DNA of 63,934 nucleotides, filler included, from Aduncisulcus paluster (taxonomy: Eukaryota), in the NCBI GenBank assembly GCA_024181965.1. It is 7 parts of 7 records of this genome, joined end to end, with 100 filler letters (N's around TTAATTAATTAA, not from the genome) between each part and the next. Parts side by side here need not be neighbours in the genome. Positions count along the whole stretch, not along the records: positions 38,243 to 51,447 come from BQXS01010015.1; positions 51,548 to 62,295 come from BQXS01010017.1; 5 more parts are not named here. One strand, written 5' to 3'. A model generated the notes under the pieces. The model searched no databases. It worked only from the letters and a program-made list of their open reading frames with translations, and was not told the origin of the DNA. Positions 44,922 to 58,476 of the stretch are shown here, in pieces; position 1 is the first letter of the stretch; the number at the start of each line of letters is the position of its first letter. Made by a program: the position numbers and the translations under genes.

Positions 44922-45296
44922 TATTATGGATTTTCTGCCCAATTGACCTTTTCCAAAATAATCGTGGAAAACTTTGTTATTCTTTCCACTTTTAGATCAG
45001 AAATAATAAAATCTGTAATGATCATATCAAATTACCTTTTTATTTTTTCGTATATGCAGATTTTTTGGGAGAATATGTTCCATAATAGAACACCTTCGAA
45101 ACGAAAAAGGGGATCATTAAAAGTGCCAGTGACTGGGTGGAAGCCAATTGAATTCATCGCCAAGTGTGTGTAAATAACACGATTAGTGCTACAATCGAAT
45201 TTATCGAATAATTGTACAACAGAGTTGGACGAAGAGCATCAACCATCATTTTTGAAACTTAACCACACATGGCAACGCCAAAAGAATCGAATTATA

Positions 45297-48200
45297 TTAA
45301 TCTGTTACACTGTCTAAAGTAAATGATGCGTAGTAAATAGTACTGATACCCAGTTCAAGCCCTATATATCCTTGTGGGGAGGTTTTGACACACAAACATA
45401 GAGCAACGTCTGTAAACACATTTTCTCTTGCAAGATAAAAAAGTTTCCCTGGAGTATCACATCCCACAGCGCAAGTGGTACCAGCTGCCTGTATGTTTGA
45501 TGAGAATGGAGAAATAATAATTCCCTCATCGCTCGCCACATATTTGGTAGAAATAAGAGCATCATCAGTGACTGTCAAAGAGGTTGAAGCACTAGCGTCA
45601 ACCAAGGTCAGCGATTTTGCTTTCAAATCGGTGTAACCTGCGGTACCTTGGAAGGATAAAAGAGAACTTGTCCAGGTCAGTTTCAAATAATATCCACCAC
45701 TATTATACAAATAAAGATTTGTATTAGCGGTATATAGTCTGGAACTGACATATAACTCATCAAACAGAACTTTATCAGCAAAAGTAACTAGATCGCCAGA
45801 CACTGTAATTCCATTAGAACCATTAGGATCGAAATAAACATCGTTCACTTCAAAGGATTCTAATACCGCATTCGTGGAAATCGTCACATTGCCTGAATCA
45901 TCGTAAATTTGTGATGTTCCAAGGTACAGATAATTTCCCGAAGTAATATACAAATTAGAAGCATCGAGAGTAAGATCATCAGAAACTATCAAGCTATCAT
46001 CAATCTCAATTCCATTAACAGTTTTGGACATTGTTGAAGTTGAGCTACTCCCATTACCCCACGTTATTGATGTCACGTTTTGAATATTCAAACCATATCC
46101 TCCATTTGTAATGGTGTTTGTTCCAAAGGTCAGAGATCCAATCTCCATAGCAACATCACTGGCATCAACACTACTAAGATTTGAAAGATCAAGGGAGGTA
46201 CCATACAAAGAGAGATCATTCCCAGAAATAGAAAAATAGAGACTCGAAGAACCCAAGTACATGTATGAACCATTAAATGTAACATTATCGTTGAACACAG
46301 AAACATCACTAACAGTAAAATCTCCACTAACAGAGACATTTTGATAAAATGTAAAGCTGTCTCCAGAAGCATTCATCTTGTAACTATTCAAAAACATTCC
46401 ATTGGCAGAGTTAATATAAAGACCACTACTTGTTCCAGTCAACTCAACATTTGAACCCAACTCAAGTGTCTCATTATTGCCCATTGTAATTCCTCCATTG
46501 AATGTTGTATTCCCAGAAATATTGAAGCCCCCATTAATGTTATCTGCCGATAAAGTGTAGGATCCTAATTTCAGATTTGTGGCATTGATTATGAGGGTAT
46601 TTCCATATTCTTGGCTAATGGAAACACTTGAACCAATATAATATCTTTGGTCGGAGTCAATCTTAACATGGGCACTAGCAATTTCAAGAGATGTTGAAGG
46701 AGCAGTAATTACAATATCATTTACAGAGAGGTTATCCGTTTCCAATGACAACGCACTGATTCCACCAGAGAAATTAGCAACATTCGAAGAATCAACAGTG
46801 ATTGTATTAGATCCACTATCTGACAAAACAAAAGTTGGAGCAGTAATCGAGTATGAACCTTGAATTTCGATACTACCATAAACATCAAGCGTTGTACTGC
46901 CTCCCCCAGATAATAACACTCCATTAACTTTGATATCTGTATCAAAATCTAGGTAAGAGCCTGAAGTCTTTGTAATCGTTGCGGATCCTAGTTTAAAATA
47001 ATCTTCACTTCCACCTGAGGAAACGGTCAAAGTATTGGCGTCTATCTTCACATTGTGAGAAATTTGAAGATAATTTGGAGCTGATGCAATTCTTTCCAAC
47101 GTAATATCATTAATCGTCAGTGTGCTACCAGTTATAGTAAGTTCATCGGTATAGAAATAGTCAGTTGTTAGGGACGTATCTACAATAAGATTATCATAAA
47201 CAGTGATTGTGTTAGAAGCGGTACGTTTGAATAAAGCATCTTGATCTTGCCCAAGATATAGAGAATCAAAAACAGTAATCGAATCAGAAGCAACAATATT
47301 AGACCCATAAATACCAGAATCGAATGAAAGATAGCCACTGTATGTTCCAGAATCCAATTTAGCCATGGTGATTCCTTCAACAGAGAAACTAGTGTTCAGA
47401 GATAGAAGATCTGAAGAATAGGAGAGAGTGGCACCACTAGACCCGCCAATCTTAAGGGAGGAGCTCTCCAAACGGACACCAGCACTATTATCGATAACAA
47501 AGACGCCTGACTCATCTCCANNNNNNNNNNNNNNNNNNNNTACCAGAATCGAATGAAAGATAGCCACTGTATGTTCCAGAATCCAATTTAGCCATGGTGA
47601 TTCCTTCAACAGAGAAACTAGTGTTCAGAGATAGAAGATCTGAAGAATAGGAGAGAGTGGCACCACTAGACCCGCCAATCTTAAGGGAGGAGCTCTCCAA
47701 ACGGACACCAGCACTATTATCGATAACAAAGACGCCTGACTCATCTCCAAGTTCAATTGAACCAATTGTGACAGTTCCTCCAACGACATTGATTGATCCG
47801 GTGGGCCATTTGGCTGAATGAGAGAAACTAATTGTTTCGTCTCCACCATCAAACGATAGTTGTGCCTCGTCAATTTCAACATAACCAGCGACAGAGACAT
47901 TCGCAGCGAAGGAAGCATTTGAATTGACCGATAGGGTTGCTGAAGATCCATCAAGAATAATGTTTGAGCCTAATTTCAGAGAGTTATTAACGTACAAATC
48001 CGAATTTATATACATATAATCATCACTACCATCATTGTACTTCTGGAAGGATATTCCATCGACTGAGAGACTCCCATCAAGAGTAATATCTCCACTCAAG
48101 GAGATATCCCCAGTGATCGTTGCATCTCCACCAACACTCAGATCGTTAGTGATATTCAAATTAGAGGCATTGAAATCACCAGACAAGGTCAAAGAATCAG

Positions 48201-51200
48201 TTCCGGCACCTCCATCGACTCCAGTAAGAACAGCTCCATTGATAGTCACCGTTCCAGTTGTAACAAATGAAGACACTGTTGATGCACCGGCATTCAAAGT
48301 TCCGCTCACAACTAGGTTATCGGAGATCGTCAATTGATAGGAGGTTGAATCAGAAGTCCCAGTTAAAGTGACATCGTTAATATAGATTTCACCGTCTACA
48401 TCCAGGTTCCCATCGACACTAACATCGGAAGCAATAGCAAAATACCCTCCAGATACCTCTCCGATCGAGACACCGTTCACAATCATCGTGCGATCAACAG
48501 TCAAAACGTCATCAGTCGTGTCGTAACGAATGGTAGCATTTTCCAATATAAGACCGGCATTCTCAACAGTGAGATTAATATCACTAGAAATATTGAGTTG
48601 AGAGGGTCCATTGTATTCCAGATCAATAGAATTAGCGACAGGTCCTAGACTAAATAGGGTTCCAGTTGCAGCAATACTTCCAGAGATCGTGGTGTTTCCA
48701 CCTACACTAAGGGGAGCAGAAACAGTGAAGATCCCACCATAATCATAGAGTTGTAAATTATTCGAGCCAAGCAAGATATGCCCGGCCAGATCAAGATCAT
48801 CATCTACAGTCAATTGTCCTGAAACAGTCGTATCATTGGACATAGTCACATTTCCAGAGATAGTGGTGGGAGCTGCTATTTCGAGAGTTCCACTATTATC
48901 GGTGAAGACAACACTAGCTAAAGTAAAGGTAGACCCAGTAATAGTGAGGGAATTATCAATCGATAGTGAAGATGCAGAATAAACTAATTCTGTGCTTCCA
49001 AGCGTGAATGATCCAGTAACCGAGAGATTTGAGTTATCACTAATGAACACGTCATTGTTAATGTCAAGACCATTGATAGTGGGAACGAGAACAGTGCTGG
49101 CAATGGAATCATCAGTTGAAGTCAAAGTAATGGAAGGTGTAAGGCTATTCACAGTGATAGGAACATTAAGTCCAAGATAAGCCATCGAGGCATCAAGGTG
49201 GGCATTTCCAAGATCTAAAACGCCATCAATGACCACATCTCCAGAAATATTCAAATTTCTTCTGATATAAGCATCTTGATCAACAGAGAGATCATCAGAT
49301 ATGATCAGAGTCTTTTGGTTTGTGGTTCCATCGAGTTCTCCTGAAATAATGGCGGTTGATCCAAGAGTAATGGAATCGGTAACGTTAAGTGAAGTGAGAG
49401 TCGCATTTGTAGCTATCAAATCATCATTGATATCAACATTACCCGCTATTGATAATACAAAAGAGGAATCATTAGATGCGCTCATCACAATATCATACAT
49501 GGTTATGGAGCCTGCAATGTCAATGGAGCCTCCCAAGATAAGTGGAGAACCAATGTTAAGAGAACTGTCATCCAAGGAGACATCAATGGTGTTAATTCTA
49601 ATGTCAGAATCAATGGCGAGAACNNNNNNNNNNNNNNNNNNNNATTTGTAGCTATCAAATCATCATTGATATCAACATTACCCGCTATTGATAATACAAA
49701 AGAGGAATCATTAGATGCGCTCATCACAATATCATACATGGTTATGGAGCCTGCAATGTCAATGGAGCCTCCCAAGATAAGTGGAGAACCAATGTTAAGA
49801 GAACTGTCATCCAAGGAGACATCAATGGTGTTAATTCTAATGTCAGAATCAATGGCGAGAACACCACTGTCATCAGTTAACGAAATGCCACTGACGGATC
49901 CAATTTGAACATAATCACCATCCACCACAAGAGAATGGCTAAGTTCGAGATAATTGACAGATCCATCATTTCCAGCAGTCATAGTAAGGGGTCCAAGAGA
50001 GAGAGCGTTGGCATCAATATCAAGAGATCCGGTAACAGATAGAGAGCCGGTGAACAACCCATCTCCATTCACAGTTAGATCACCACTTTGAACAGTGAGG
50101 GAGTCAGTAATGATAACATCATTGCCAATCGTTAGGTCCGAGAGATTACTTGTAATGACTGTCGTGTTCAACTTCAAATCGGTATTGAGGGTTGCGTAAC
50201 CATCGGTGGCTGAATAAGATAGAGAAGCGGAGTTCGTGAGGTATAATGTTCCTTCTGTGGATGTTAAAGATCCTGAAGCTACGTAATTCCCAGAGAGTTG
50301 TAACACATATGAAGAATCATTAGATCCAGAAAGAACAACTTCATTGAGAGAGATCGTTCCGGTCGTGCTCAGATTTCCAGTAATATCAGTGCTCTCTGCG
50401 ATATGGAAATTGTTACTCACGAGCTTCTCAAGTTTAATCCCATTGATCATCAAGTCTGTTGACAGATCAAGATAATCGGAGGTAGAATCAACATGGGTGA
50501 GCACAGATTCTCCAATTGTAACGATCCCAGTGTCAAAAACTGTATCATTGCCAACATGGAGAATGTTGGAACTGTGTTGAAGGGTGACGAATGATGCCCC
50601 AGATGATAACCCAAGGTAGAGTGTTCCATTGGCAACTGTCAGAGCTCCATTGTTAACAACAGTAGCTGTGCTTACAGAGAGTTCGGAATCATCGCTCGAA
50701 TATGCAAGAACAGAACTTCCTACGGTGACTTGACCAGTAACAGTAAGATCGCCGGAAATAGAAGTTGAGTTCCCAATTGAAAGGACAGATGCATTATCAG
50801 TGAGTGTAACGGTACCTATTTGAACATAGGAATTGTTAACATACAGTGGTTTGTTGATGGTGAGGAGTGAAGAAGACCCAAGAATAGAAACGCCATTCAA
50901 ATTGAGAGTTCCGTTGTTGAAAGTGACCACTCCATCAGTGACAAGGGTCCCCTCAAGAGAGGTGTTGCCCTCCACAGTGAGGGAATCAGTGGATACAATA
51001 TCAATGGCAGTGAATGTGCCATTCAATCCAAGTCCACCTGATCCAGTGGCAGACAGCTCAGCAGTTTTAATGTGGAGATCGTTATCCATATAAAAAAAGG
51101 AGTCGGAAGAATCATGGGAAATTGTGGCACCAGCAAGAGTAATAACCCCGCCAACAACTTTAATATCATCTGTAACCTTGAGATTCCCATTAACAGTCAA

Positions 51201-51447
51201 TAAGTTTGTCCCGAGATCATTGGCATCCTCACCGCCTCCCAAAATAGTTCCATTGAGAACAATAGAACCAGAATCTACAACATTCAAATTCCCATGCACG
51301 TCAGTTGATGCAGCAATGGAGAAGTTTGAGGATTGATTTGAAATTTCAATGCCATTCATATAGATATCCTTATTGACTTCGAGGCGATCACTAACTGCGT
51401 TGTATTCAATCGAGGAGGAGGATGTGAGATAAAGAAGACCAGTGTCA
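45297..51447 (-). CDS. Giant repetitive beta-strand fibre/adhesin-like protein (5'-partial, >=~1,890 aa)
   Basis: ORFs 49503..51359, 47512..49575 and 45297..47609 join into one frame once two gap duplications are collapsed. S/T/G/D/N/L/I/V-rich with recurring short units (LSVGGDATITGDISLSGDITLDGSLSVDG); Cys is confined to the last ~60 aa. Confidence 0.8.
47312..47749. repeat. Assembly duplication (209 bp) across the 20-N gap at 47521-47540
   Basis: 47312-47520 repeated from 47541. Confidence 0.9.
49405..49862. repeat. Assembly duplication (219 bp) across the 20-N gap at 49624-49643
   Basis: 49405-49623 repeated from 49644. Confidence 0.9.
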
Positions 51448-51547
51448 NNNNNNNNNNNNNNNNNNNNNNNNNNNNNNNNNNNNNNNNNNNNTTAATTAAT
51501 TAANNNNNNNNNNNNNNNNNNNNNNNNNNNNNNNNNNNNNNNNNNNN
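51448..51547. other. Artificial contig linker
   Basis: N44-TTAATTAATTAA-N44. Confidence 0.99.
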
Positions 51548-52174
51548 TAGAGAATAATTATGGGTATAAAATAGTTTTAATGTGAACAAAAACACGAAAT
51601 GTAAACAACATTCAACCATTCTCGATCCTGTATCAATTTTCGAATCAAAGTGCAAAAGAAACGAAGTTTGTAGCCACGACATTTACAGCTTGAAGGACAC
51701 ATGCTGACGGGAAACGATTGGATAAAATAAAATAAAAAATGGCATTAAAAGGAATTGAATGATATATATACCCATCAACATGATCAGAATGGCGAGATAG
51801 AAACATTTTCGCTCAATCGTGGGATTAGCGACGATAAAATGCAAAACTGTGCCGAAAAAACCATAAAGTTATAAGGATGAAAAGAGACATTGAATGTCCT
51901 GGAAATCGTGAAAGGGGAAACAAAAGACAGCAAGAAGCAGAATGTTCGATTTGCTGAGTCGCTCGTTGGACGAGAGAACTTCTGATTTTATTCATTTACA
52001 TGTGAAGACAACACGGGATGATAGAAGTTACGATAACTGAAGTATAGGCGTGGCAGATGAGAAAAGACACGATACGAATGATGGTGGTAGGATTCGGTAG
52101 GGTAGGAACGCGTCGACCATTGATGTCGTTCTTATTATCCTGCCTTCACTCACGATGATATCATTGGCTTCTCC

Positions 52175-53269
52175 CTATTTCCATGGAAGAAGGGATAATC
52201 GTTCAATAATTTCACTTTCCTCTTGCATTGTAAAAACAAGGGAGTAAATACTGTAACTTCGACCATTCTTCTCCTTACGAATTCCTCCTTTCCCTTCAAT
52301 CTCACACAACACAACATTATCTAAATCAATAGGAAGGAAGTACCATGCGTATCTACGTTTGAAGTCTGGTCTAGCGATTTCATACTTCTTGGATACCTTC
52401 TTTCCATCAGAATCGGTGAAAGTGAAGAGGAGACAAGGTGAACAAGAATTCTTATGAACACGGATATAAGCTCCTTTCATAGGACTAGGCGATGGGAAAG
52501 GGATGGAAAGATGGGATAAATCAACATAATATTCCCCTTTTAACATCTTTTGTGCTGCTGAACTCCGATCATAATACTCCTTATATTCCCGACAAAATGC
52601 GTCATCCTTAGACTTAACCATTGAGAATAAAGGTTTCATAATCTTTGGATCATCACGTGGATTGGGAAAAGAATATCTACTTCCTCTCATAATAAACTGA
52701 GAGTTCACAACAGGCGATTCAGACCAGAGTTTCTCTTTGGCTTCACGAACTATGGTTTCTTCAGTCATTTCGTCCCGAAAGAAAAAAAGCGATTGGATAA
52801 TAAAATACTCTTCTCCTCTTCCTTTCCCTGTGATCTCACACAAAACAATATCGGGGAGTTCAACGGGAAGACAATACCAATGATTCTCTTCAAATTCAGG
52901 AAATTCATATTTCTTGGATGTTTTATCGCCCCTTGAAGACGTAAATGTGAAGATAAGGTGTGAGGGGGCCGGACTCCAAGACTGACCATATAGACAGATA
53001 TAAGCACCTTTAATTGGAGAAGATGAAGAAAAAGGAATGCAGATATGGGTTAAATCTTGATAACAAAGATCTCCTATTAACATTGCTTGTACATCAGAAC
53101 TTTGATCGTATCCTTCTGCACCTTCCTCTTTGGTCTCATTTCTTGCTTTGATACTCGGATAGTCTAGGCTCTTGATATTGGGGAAGTCTCGGGGAATTGG
53201 ACAGTTATGTATATCTCCAATATGAATAAACTTTGGTTGCACGATTTGAACACTAGTGGATAAACTCAT
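52175..53269 (-). CDS. Stand-alone protein of two tandem lineage-specific repeats, paralogous to the middle module of the gene at 1..3639
   Basis: Shared blocks: THICIPFSSSSPIKGAYICLY, PSHLIFTFTSSRGDKTSKKYEFPEFE, AKEKLWSESPVV, LSHLSIPFPSPSPMKGAYI, LDNVVLCEIEGKG. Confidence 0.9.
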   Translation of the reverse strand: MSLSTSVQIVQPKFIHIGDIHNCPIPRDFPNIKSLDYPSIKARNETKEEGAEGYDQSSDVQAMLIGDLCYQDLTHICIPFSSSSPIKGAYICLYGQSWSPAPSHLIFTFTSSRGDKTSKKYEFPEFEENHWYCLPVELPDIVLCEITGKGRGEEYFIIQSLFFFRDEMTEETIVREAKEKLWSESPVVNSQFIMRGSRYSFPNPRDDPKIMKPLFSMVKSKDDAFCREYKEYYDRSSAAQKMLKGEYYVDLSHLSIPFPSPSPMKGAYIRVHKNSCSPCLLFTFTDSDGKKVSKKYEIARPDFKRRYAWYFLPIDLDNVVLCEIEGKGGIRKEKNGRSYSIYSLVFTMQEESEIIERLSLLPWK

Positions 53270-54291
53270 TTGATTAGAGATTTGATGAGAGACGACAGGA
53301 GATTATCTAAAATTAAACATGCACAAATAAATGAATATTTGAAAATAAATAATTAATAATATGATAATAAACAATCAATAATGTGGATTTCAACAAGGAA
53401 ATCCCGAGAAATCGATGAGAACACCCAACCAGTACAACCAGTGGATATAATTGGATGACATCACATAAAATATGTCTTAATGCACATTTAATGGGATATA
53501 AGACATACAGTAGATTTTGGATTTCGTTCGATACAAGAAAAGATGACAAACATACACCCAAACCCCGATTGACACGGTTGGAAAGTAATACCATATAATA
53601 TATACATATAAGTATATGGACATTTTCTTTATACCATATATTACATGCCACCATTGTGAGTCCACTCCTAACACAAAATCGTCTCCTAACTCCAAGTTTT
53701 GACGACATATCGAATTATAAAGTTCCCTTCTATGATGTTAAGTTGTAGTTATAATTCGTGAATATCATCGACTTCTTGAGAAATATCCATTCTTTCCGGG
53801 GGGTTTCTGTTGATTTTTTGAAAACAGAACAGAGGTTCTCGACACACACGAAATCGTTGTTCATTTTGCCATTGTTGTCTATCTTTTGTATTCTTCCCAA
53901 AGCATGATAACACAATGTCACTTGATTTCATATTAATATCGTTCCATATTCAAGAATCAACATTGTTGATGGCTGTGTTTATTGAACACAATTCTAACAT
54001 AAAAACATATTTATTATTGACAAAACATTCGATGTCATCATGAATCATGATCAAGCGATTGAGGGAACTTTCCCCAAGAATATCAGCAACCCTCTGGTTT
54101 CTGGAACGAAACCATTCTTCAAGGATTATTAAGAATCGGCAAGAAACAAACGGATCTAAAAATATGATCGGAATCAGGAAAGTAAAAATGACATCAGTAG
54201 AAGAAGAAAGAGATTCAACCAAAGGGACATTTCTGATCGAGATGATTGAACAAGGCAGACAGATCTCAAGTTATGTTATTTTAAACAAGAG

Positions 54292-57200
54292 TCACTTCAC
54301 AGGTCTCTCCATACATTCGGGAAGCTCCGTGTCACCAAGGTCAACCCAGGGCTGAAGAGTTTTGATGTGATCTCCGACGGCATACGCAAGACGAAGATCT
54401 TCACGCTTCTCAGCACGACTCCTCAATTGCATGAGGGACAGATAAAAAATATTGAGGAACTGCTGAGCCTCAGGAGTGACAGAAGAAGGAGAGGAAGGAG
54501 ACACAGGTGGCAAAAAGGGAGAAGAAACGGGGACAGATTCATCGAGAACACCTTGTTGCTGCATCGAAGCTTGATGTTGGGCTTCACTACGCTTCTTTTC
54601 AGACCTCAGAAAAGCTTGGATCTCCTTGTCCATCTGGTAATTAATCCGGATTTGACGCTTCAACTCACCAAGGGGAGCCTTCAACACTTTTGACTTGAGG
54701 TTGGCCAAAACCCGACCCATAGGTCCTGCGAACATTCTTCCGATAATAATTTCACTGCTCGCAATCTGTACTTCCATGCAGCATTGGCACACATGTTCCT
54801 TGGCAATTTTGAGACACACATCAGCTAGCTCCTTGTTTGAACTTTCTAATTGCAGACGACCATCGAAGGGAAGAGATTTGCATGTATTCCTCCAATGTTG
54901 CACGAGCATCGGTGTCAGTATGGATACATCTAGCTCAGGATCGGTGACACCGGGTGATGATAAAGTGGGTTGAGGAATCTGCTGTTGTTCCATATCAATG
55001 GATGTACTACTTGGAATCAGGCTTGGAGAGGTGTGAGGAGATGTTGTTTGGATATCAATGCTTTGCTCTTTCTCCCCAAGGTTGCCCATAGAGAGCTCTG
55101 GGGAAGGGGAAGCAGTGTGCGGGGATGGTTCTATCGAAGCGGCTAGAGGTTCAGCAGATTCAAGAGGATTGTCAAGAACAGTATCTTTCTCTTCTTCTTC
55201 TCCTTCTTCTTCTCCTTCTTCTTCACCTTTCTCTTCTCTCTTCTCTTCCACTTCTTGAGTTATCGTTGTCTTGTCAATCTGAATAGATTCCTTCGGTCGA
55301 ACAGGAGCCACGTCATCCACCTCAACATGAGAATCATCGTCAACATCGATTCCCAGTAGTTTTACAATTATTTTGTTGTCCACATACTCGTTGAGGGCGG
55401 CATAGTATCTATCTTGCTTGATTGTACGAAGGATCTTTATGCCTTCAATCACATTGTGAACAGACTGGCCAGAGATACCTTCGGTTTGACCCACAATACT
55501 CTTGGACGTCTTGTACAGCTCGTTCTGACGACTCATGAAGATGTAACGGACATCAACAGGTGTGTACAACAGTGGGGAGAATACTCCTCCGATGCAACGC
55601 AGAATGTCATCCTTCATGCCGGAGAGAGCAGCCAAACACAATGTCAGACTCACTTCGGAGGCACTGGGTGGACGCTCAGAACAGGAGACAGACGAGAGAA
55701 TATCTGAGACGGACAGGGAAGGAACAGAGGCTTCTTGCTGTTTTGACGGCTGATCCCTAGATATTGAATGGTCAAGATCTGGGCTGCCAGATGTAAGATA
55801 AGGATCCTCGTGCATACTCATTATTGGTACACTGGCATCATGCACGCTTGTGGATGTGGGTTGAAGACTTGGATTACCAGTCAATTCCATCTGAACAGGG
55901 GGAGAACCACCTCCCCTCATCTCTCCACCTTGTCTCCTGATTGAACTATGACTAGGGGATGTCATTGGAACAGTTGATGATGCGTATGGAGCTGGCCCTG
56001 AAGCTGAGTTGGAAGCAGATCCACCAACAGGAGCCTGCATCATATAGGCAATAAAGTTATCAAAACCATTGAGATCAACATCATTCGAGTCCTTGGGAAT
56101 TGGGAGAGGGAGAGGGACAGCGGGAAGAGAGGGATCAGAGAGTAAATCATCAATAAAACGAGGGGATTGACGACCATTGGGAGAAACGAAACCCCGGAGA
56201 GATGCTATCCGTTTTAAATTATCATAGACATACCGTGACCATGATGCGAGCTTGATCAGAGCGATGACAGAGGGTTTGAAGCAGTGAGTGAGTGGGAGAG
56301 AGGGTAGAATTGTCGGATTGCTCTCGATACGAGCTTTGTCCATTCCACGCGGTGGTACACGATTCTGAATGAGTGTGACGGCACCATTCTTAAACAACCT
56401 CAAGATAAATGGGAAATTATTGGCATTCTCCATATTTTTCTCACTGATTCCGACAATACCACGAGCGAATGACAAGTATCTGGTACGATGCTGGAGATAC
56501 TCGTATGAAAATCCATGCAAAAGACAAGGACCTGTGAACGAGGGTGTGACGTCAGAGATGGTTGCATCTCCGGGAGACTTGTCAAGCTGAGAAGAACTGG
56601 GTGCGACTGGGGTGCCACTCATTTCTATGGTCTTTTGACTCACAAACTGTTCTTTCGGGGCACTCTTCCTTGCACGACCGTCAAGACCAACAACACGACG
56701 TCGCATGTGAAGGTTGCGGATCCTCTTCTCTTCCCCAGACTCACACCAGAACAAGGAAAGGTAATCAGGGTCAGTAATACTCACACAGGGTCGGACGGCA
56801 GTGGCAATGGGGAGTGGTGACCCAAGACAAGAAATACCAAGCGCAATGCGACCGGCCACAACCGAATCCTTGGCGACAACACATAACGGCTGAGCCGTGA
56901 GGACGATTTGGAGTAGTCTGGAGAGCGTTTCACCACGACAGTTAGCACCACATCCTTCGATAATACCTGGGAATAAAGGTGCCAAGTAAGTCTTTTGCAT
57001 GTCCTCAGACAGTAAAAGGGAGGGGATAGATTGATAGGATGAGAACAGGGCACTTCTGACTGATGCTGGAGTGGGTGCGAGTTTCATGGGTAAAGGACAG
57101 GATAAAGGAGAGTAAGAGAAGGAGAAAGAAGACGATTTGTTGCGTTCATAATCATTGGAATGTTGATGATGGTGTTGGTCTCTGTCTGTAACTACAATAC

Positions 57201-58476
57201 TTTCATCACCTGGGAAAGTCTTTCCAATTGGTGCTCTAATACTACCCAATCTGACTTCTCCTGACCGTAAACTGACTGAAACCTCCTCGGGTGAAGCTGC
57301 ATGAAGGAAATCAATGGATTTGGCCGCAGAGGGGAAATGGAATTGGGAGGTCTCGTCCGTCATTGGATACATGGGCATTGGAGTTGCAGAAGAGCCGTGT
57401 TGCGAGAATGAGGAAGAGGAAGAGGAGGAAGGATTGGATATCTTTTTAGCCGGCACAGGAGAATCTCCAACAATGACAGTTGGCTGCTCAGTACTCTTGA
57501 ATTGTTGTTCAGCATAGGGGCTTGTTTTCATCTCACCGTATATTACACGCTTCTGGGAGTCTTCATTATGACTGCTATAACCACTCGAGGCAATGTCGAT
57601 TACTGGCAATGACATAGCCACTCTCTCATCTCCGATTGTAATATCAATATCAAGGGCTTTACCAGACTCAAGCCAGGCAGAAATATCAACTTTTTCCATC
57701 GTTTCCTTGATTTTGGAAACGAAGGGAATCACAACGGTTCCAATCATGTCTTCAATCTCATCGGCAGGAGATTTTTCGGGTTCTTCTTTGTGAGAGTCAC
57801 GTCTGGATGGAAGGGGGGCATCAGAAATATCTCCTTGATCCGGTGAAGATTCATCAAGTCGAGGCACCTTTGCGTAAAGAGTTTCTCCATTCTCTGCAAC
57901 TCCTGTAGGCACTATCCTGATAGAATCTCTCCGAAGAGGAGTGGATGGACTGGTTGGATCAACCCTACTACCAGAATCAACAGGCCCACTAACCTTACGG
58001 GCTAAATAACCTAATGACTTGGCTAAATGAATAACTAGAGGACGAGCAAATTCCGTTAAAGGTTTTGTAAGAATAATTACACACGATTGTCTGTGAAACT
58101 TGCGAGTTTTTTCATCACGATTCACTTTACAAACGCTATACAAATACAACGTTTCGGCCCAGTTTTTACCATTTTTATGAAGGATAACATTATTAAGAAT
58201 GTTAATTAGGAAAATTGTAAGAGGTTTATCAGAAGATTCTCCATGCTGGGTCGAAAGAATAGCAATATGAAGTTGTTCATCATTTGAAAGATTCAGAGGA
58301 TTATCACAATGTTGGACATCTTTGAAAATGGCAAATACATTTCAAAATAAAAACAAAACGAAATAAGTATTTCAGAAACAAAAGATTGGACAACAGGTAG
58401 GAAACGTACAAAGACCCAACTCACTACTTGAATTAACCAAAATTGTTCCACCATAATACTTCAACAGTGAATTCAT
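54292..58476 (-). CDS. DENN-domain protein (DENND6/AVL9-like Rab GEF), two exons: 58476-58410 and 58319-54292, ~1,364 aa
   Basis: Spliced N-terminus MNSLLKYYGGTILVNSSSELGLYVQHCDNPLNLSNDEQLHIAILS resembles uDENN (FDLELGQ..E..YP...L...E..NI..LS). Also LYLYSVCKVNRDEKTRKFHRQSCVIILTKP and LLQIVLTAQPLCVVAKD...SPLPIATAVRPCVSITDPDY (cf. WELVLLGEPLVV...PL....DFRPYFTIHD). Confidence 0.75.
58320..58409 (-). other. Spliceosomal GT-AG intron (90 nt, phase 1)
   Basis: GTACGT...TTTTCAAAG; T-rich; contains two in-frame TGA stops. Removal links an ATG-initiated exon to an otherwise start-less frame. Confidence 0.8.

Noticed and set aside
53313-54290. Short ORFs between the repeat gene and the DENN gene, and antisense ORFs throughout the window
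   Set aside because: AT-rich or shadow frames with no motifs, usually with non-ATG starts.
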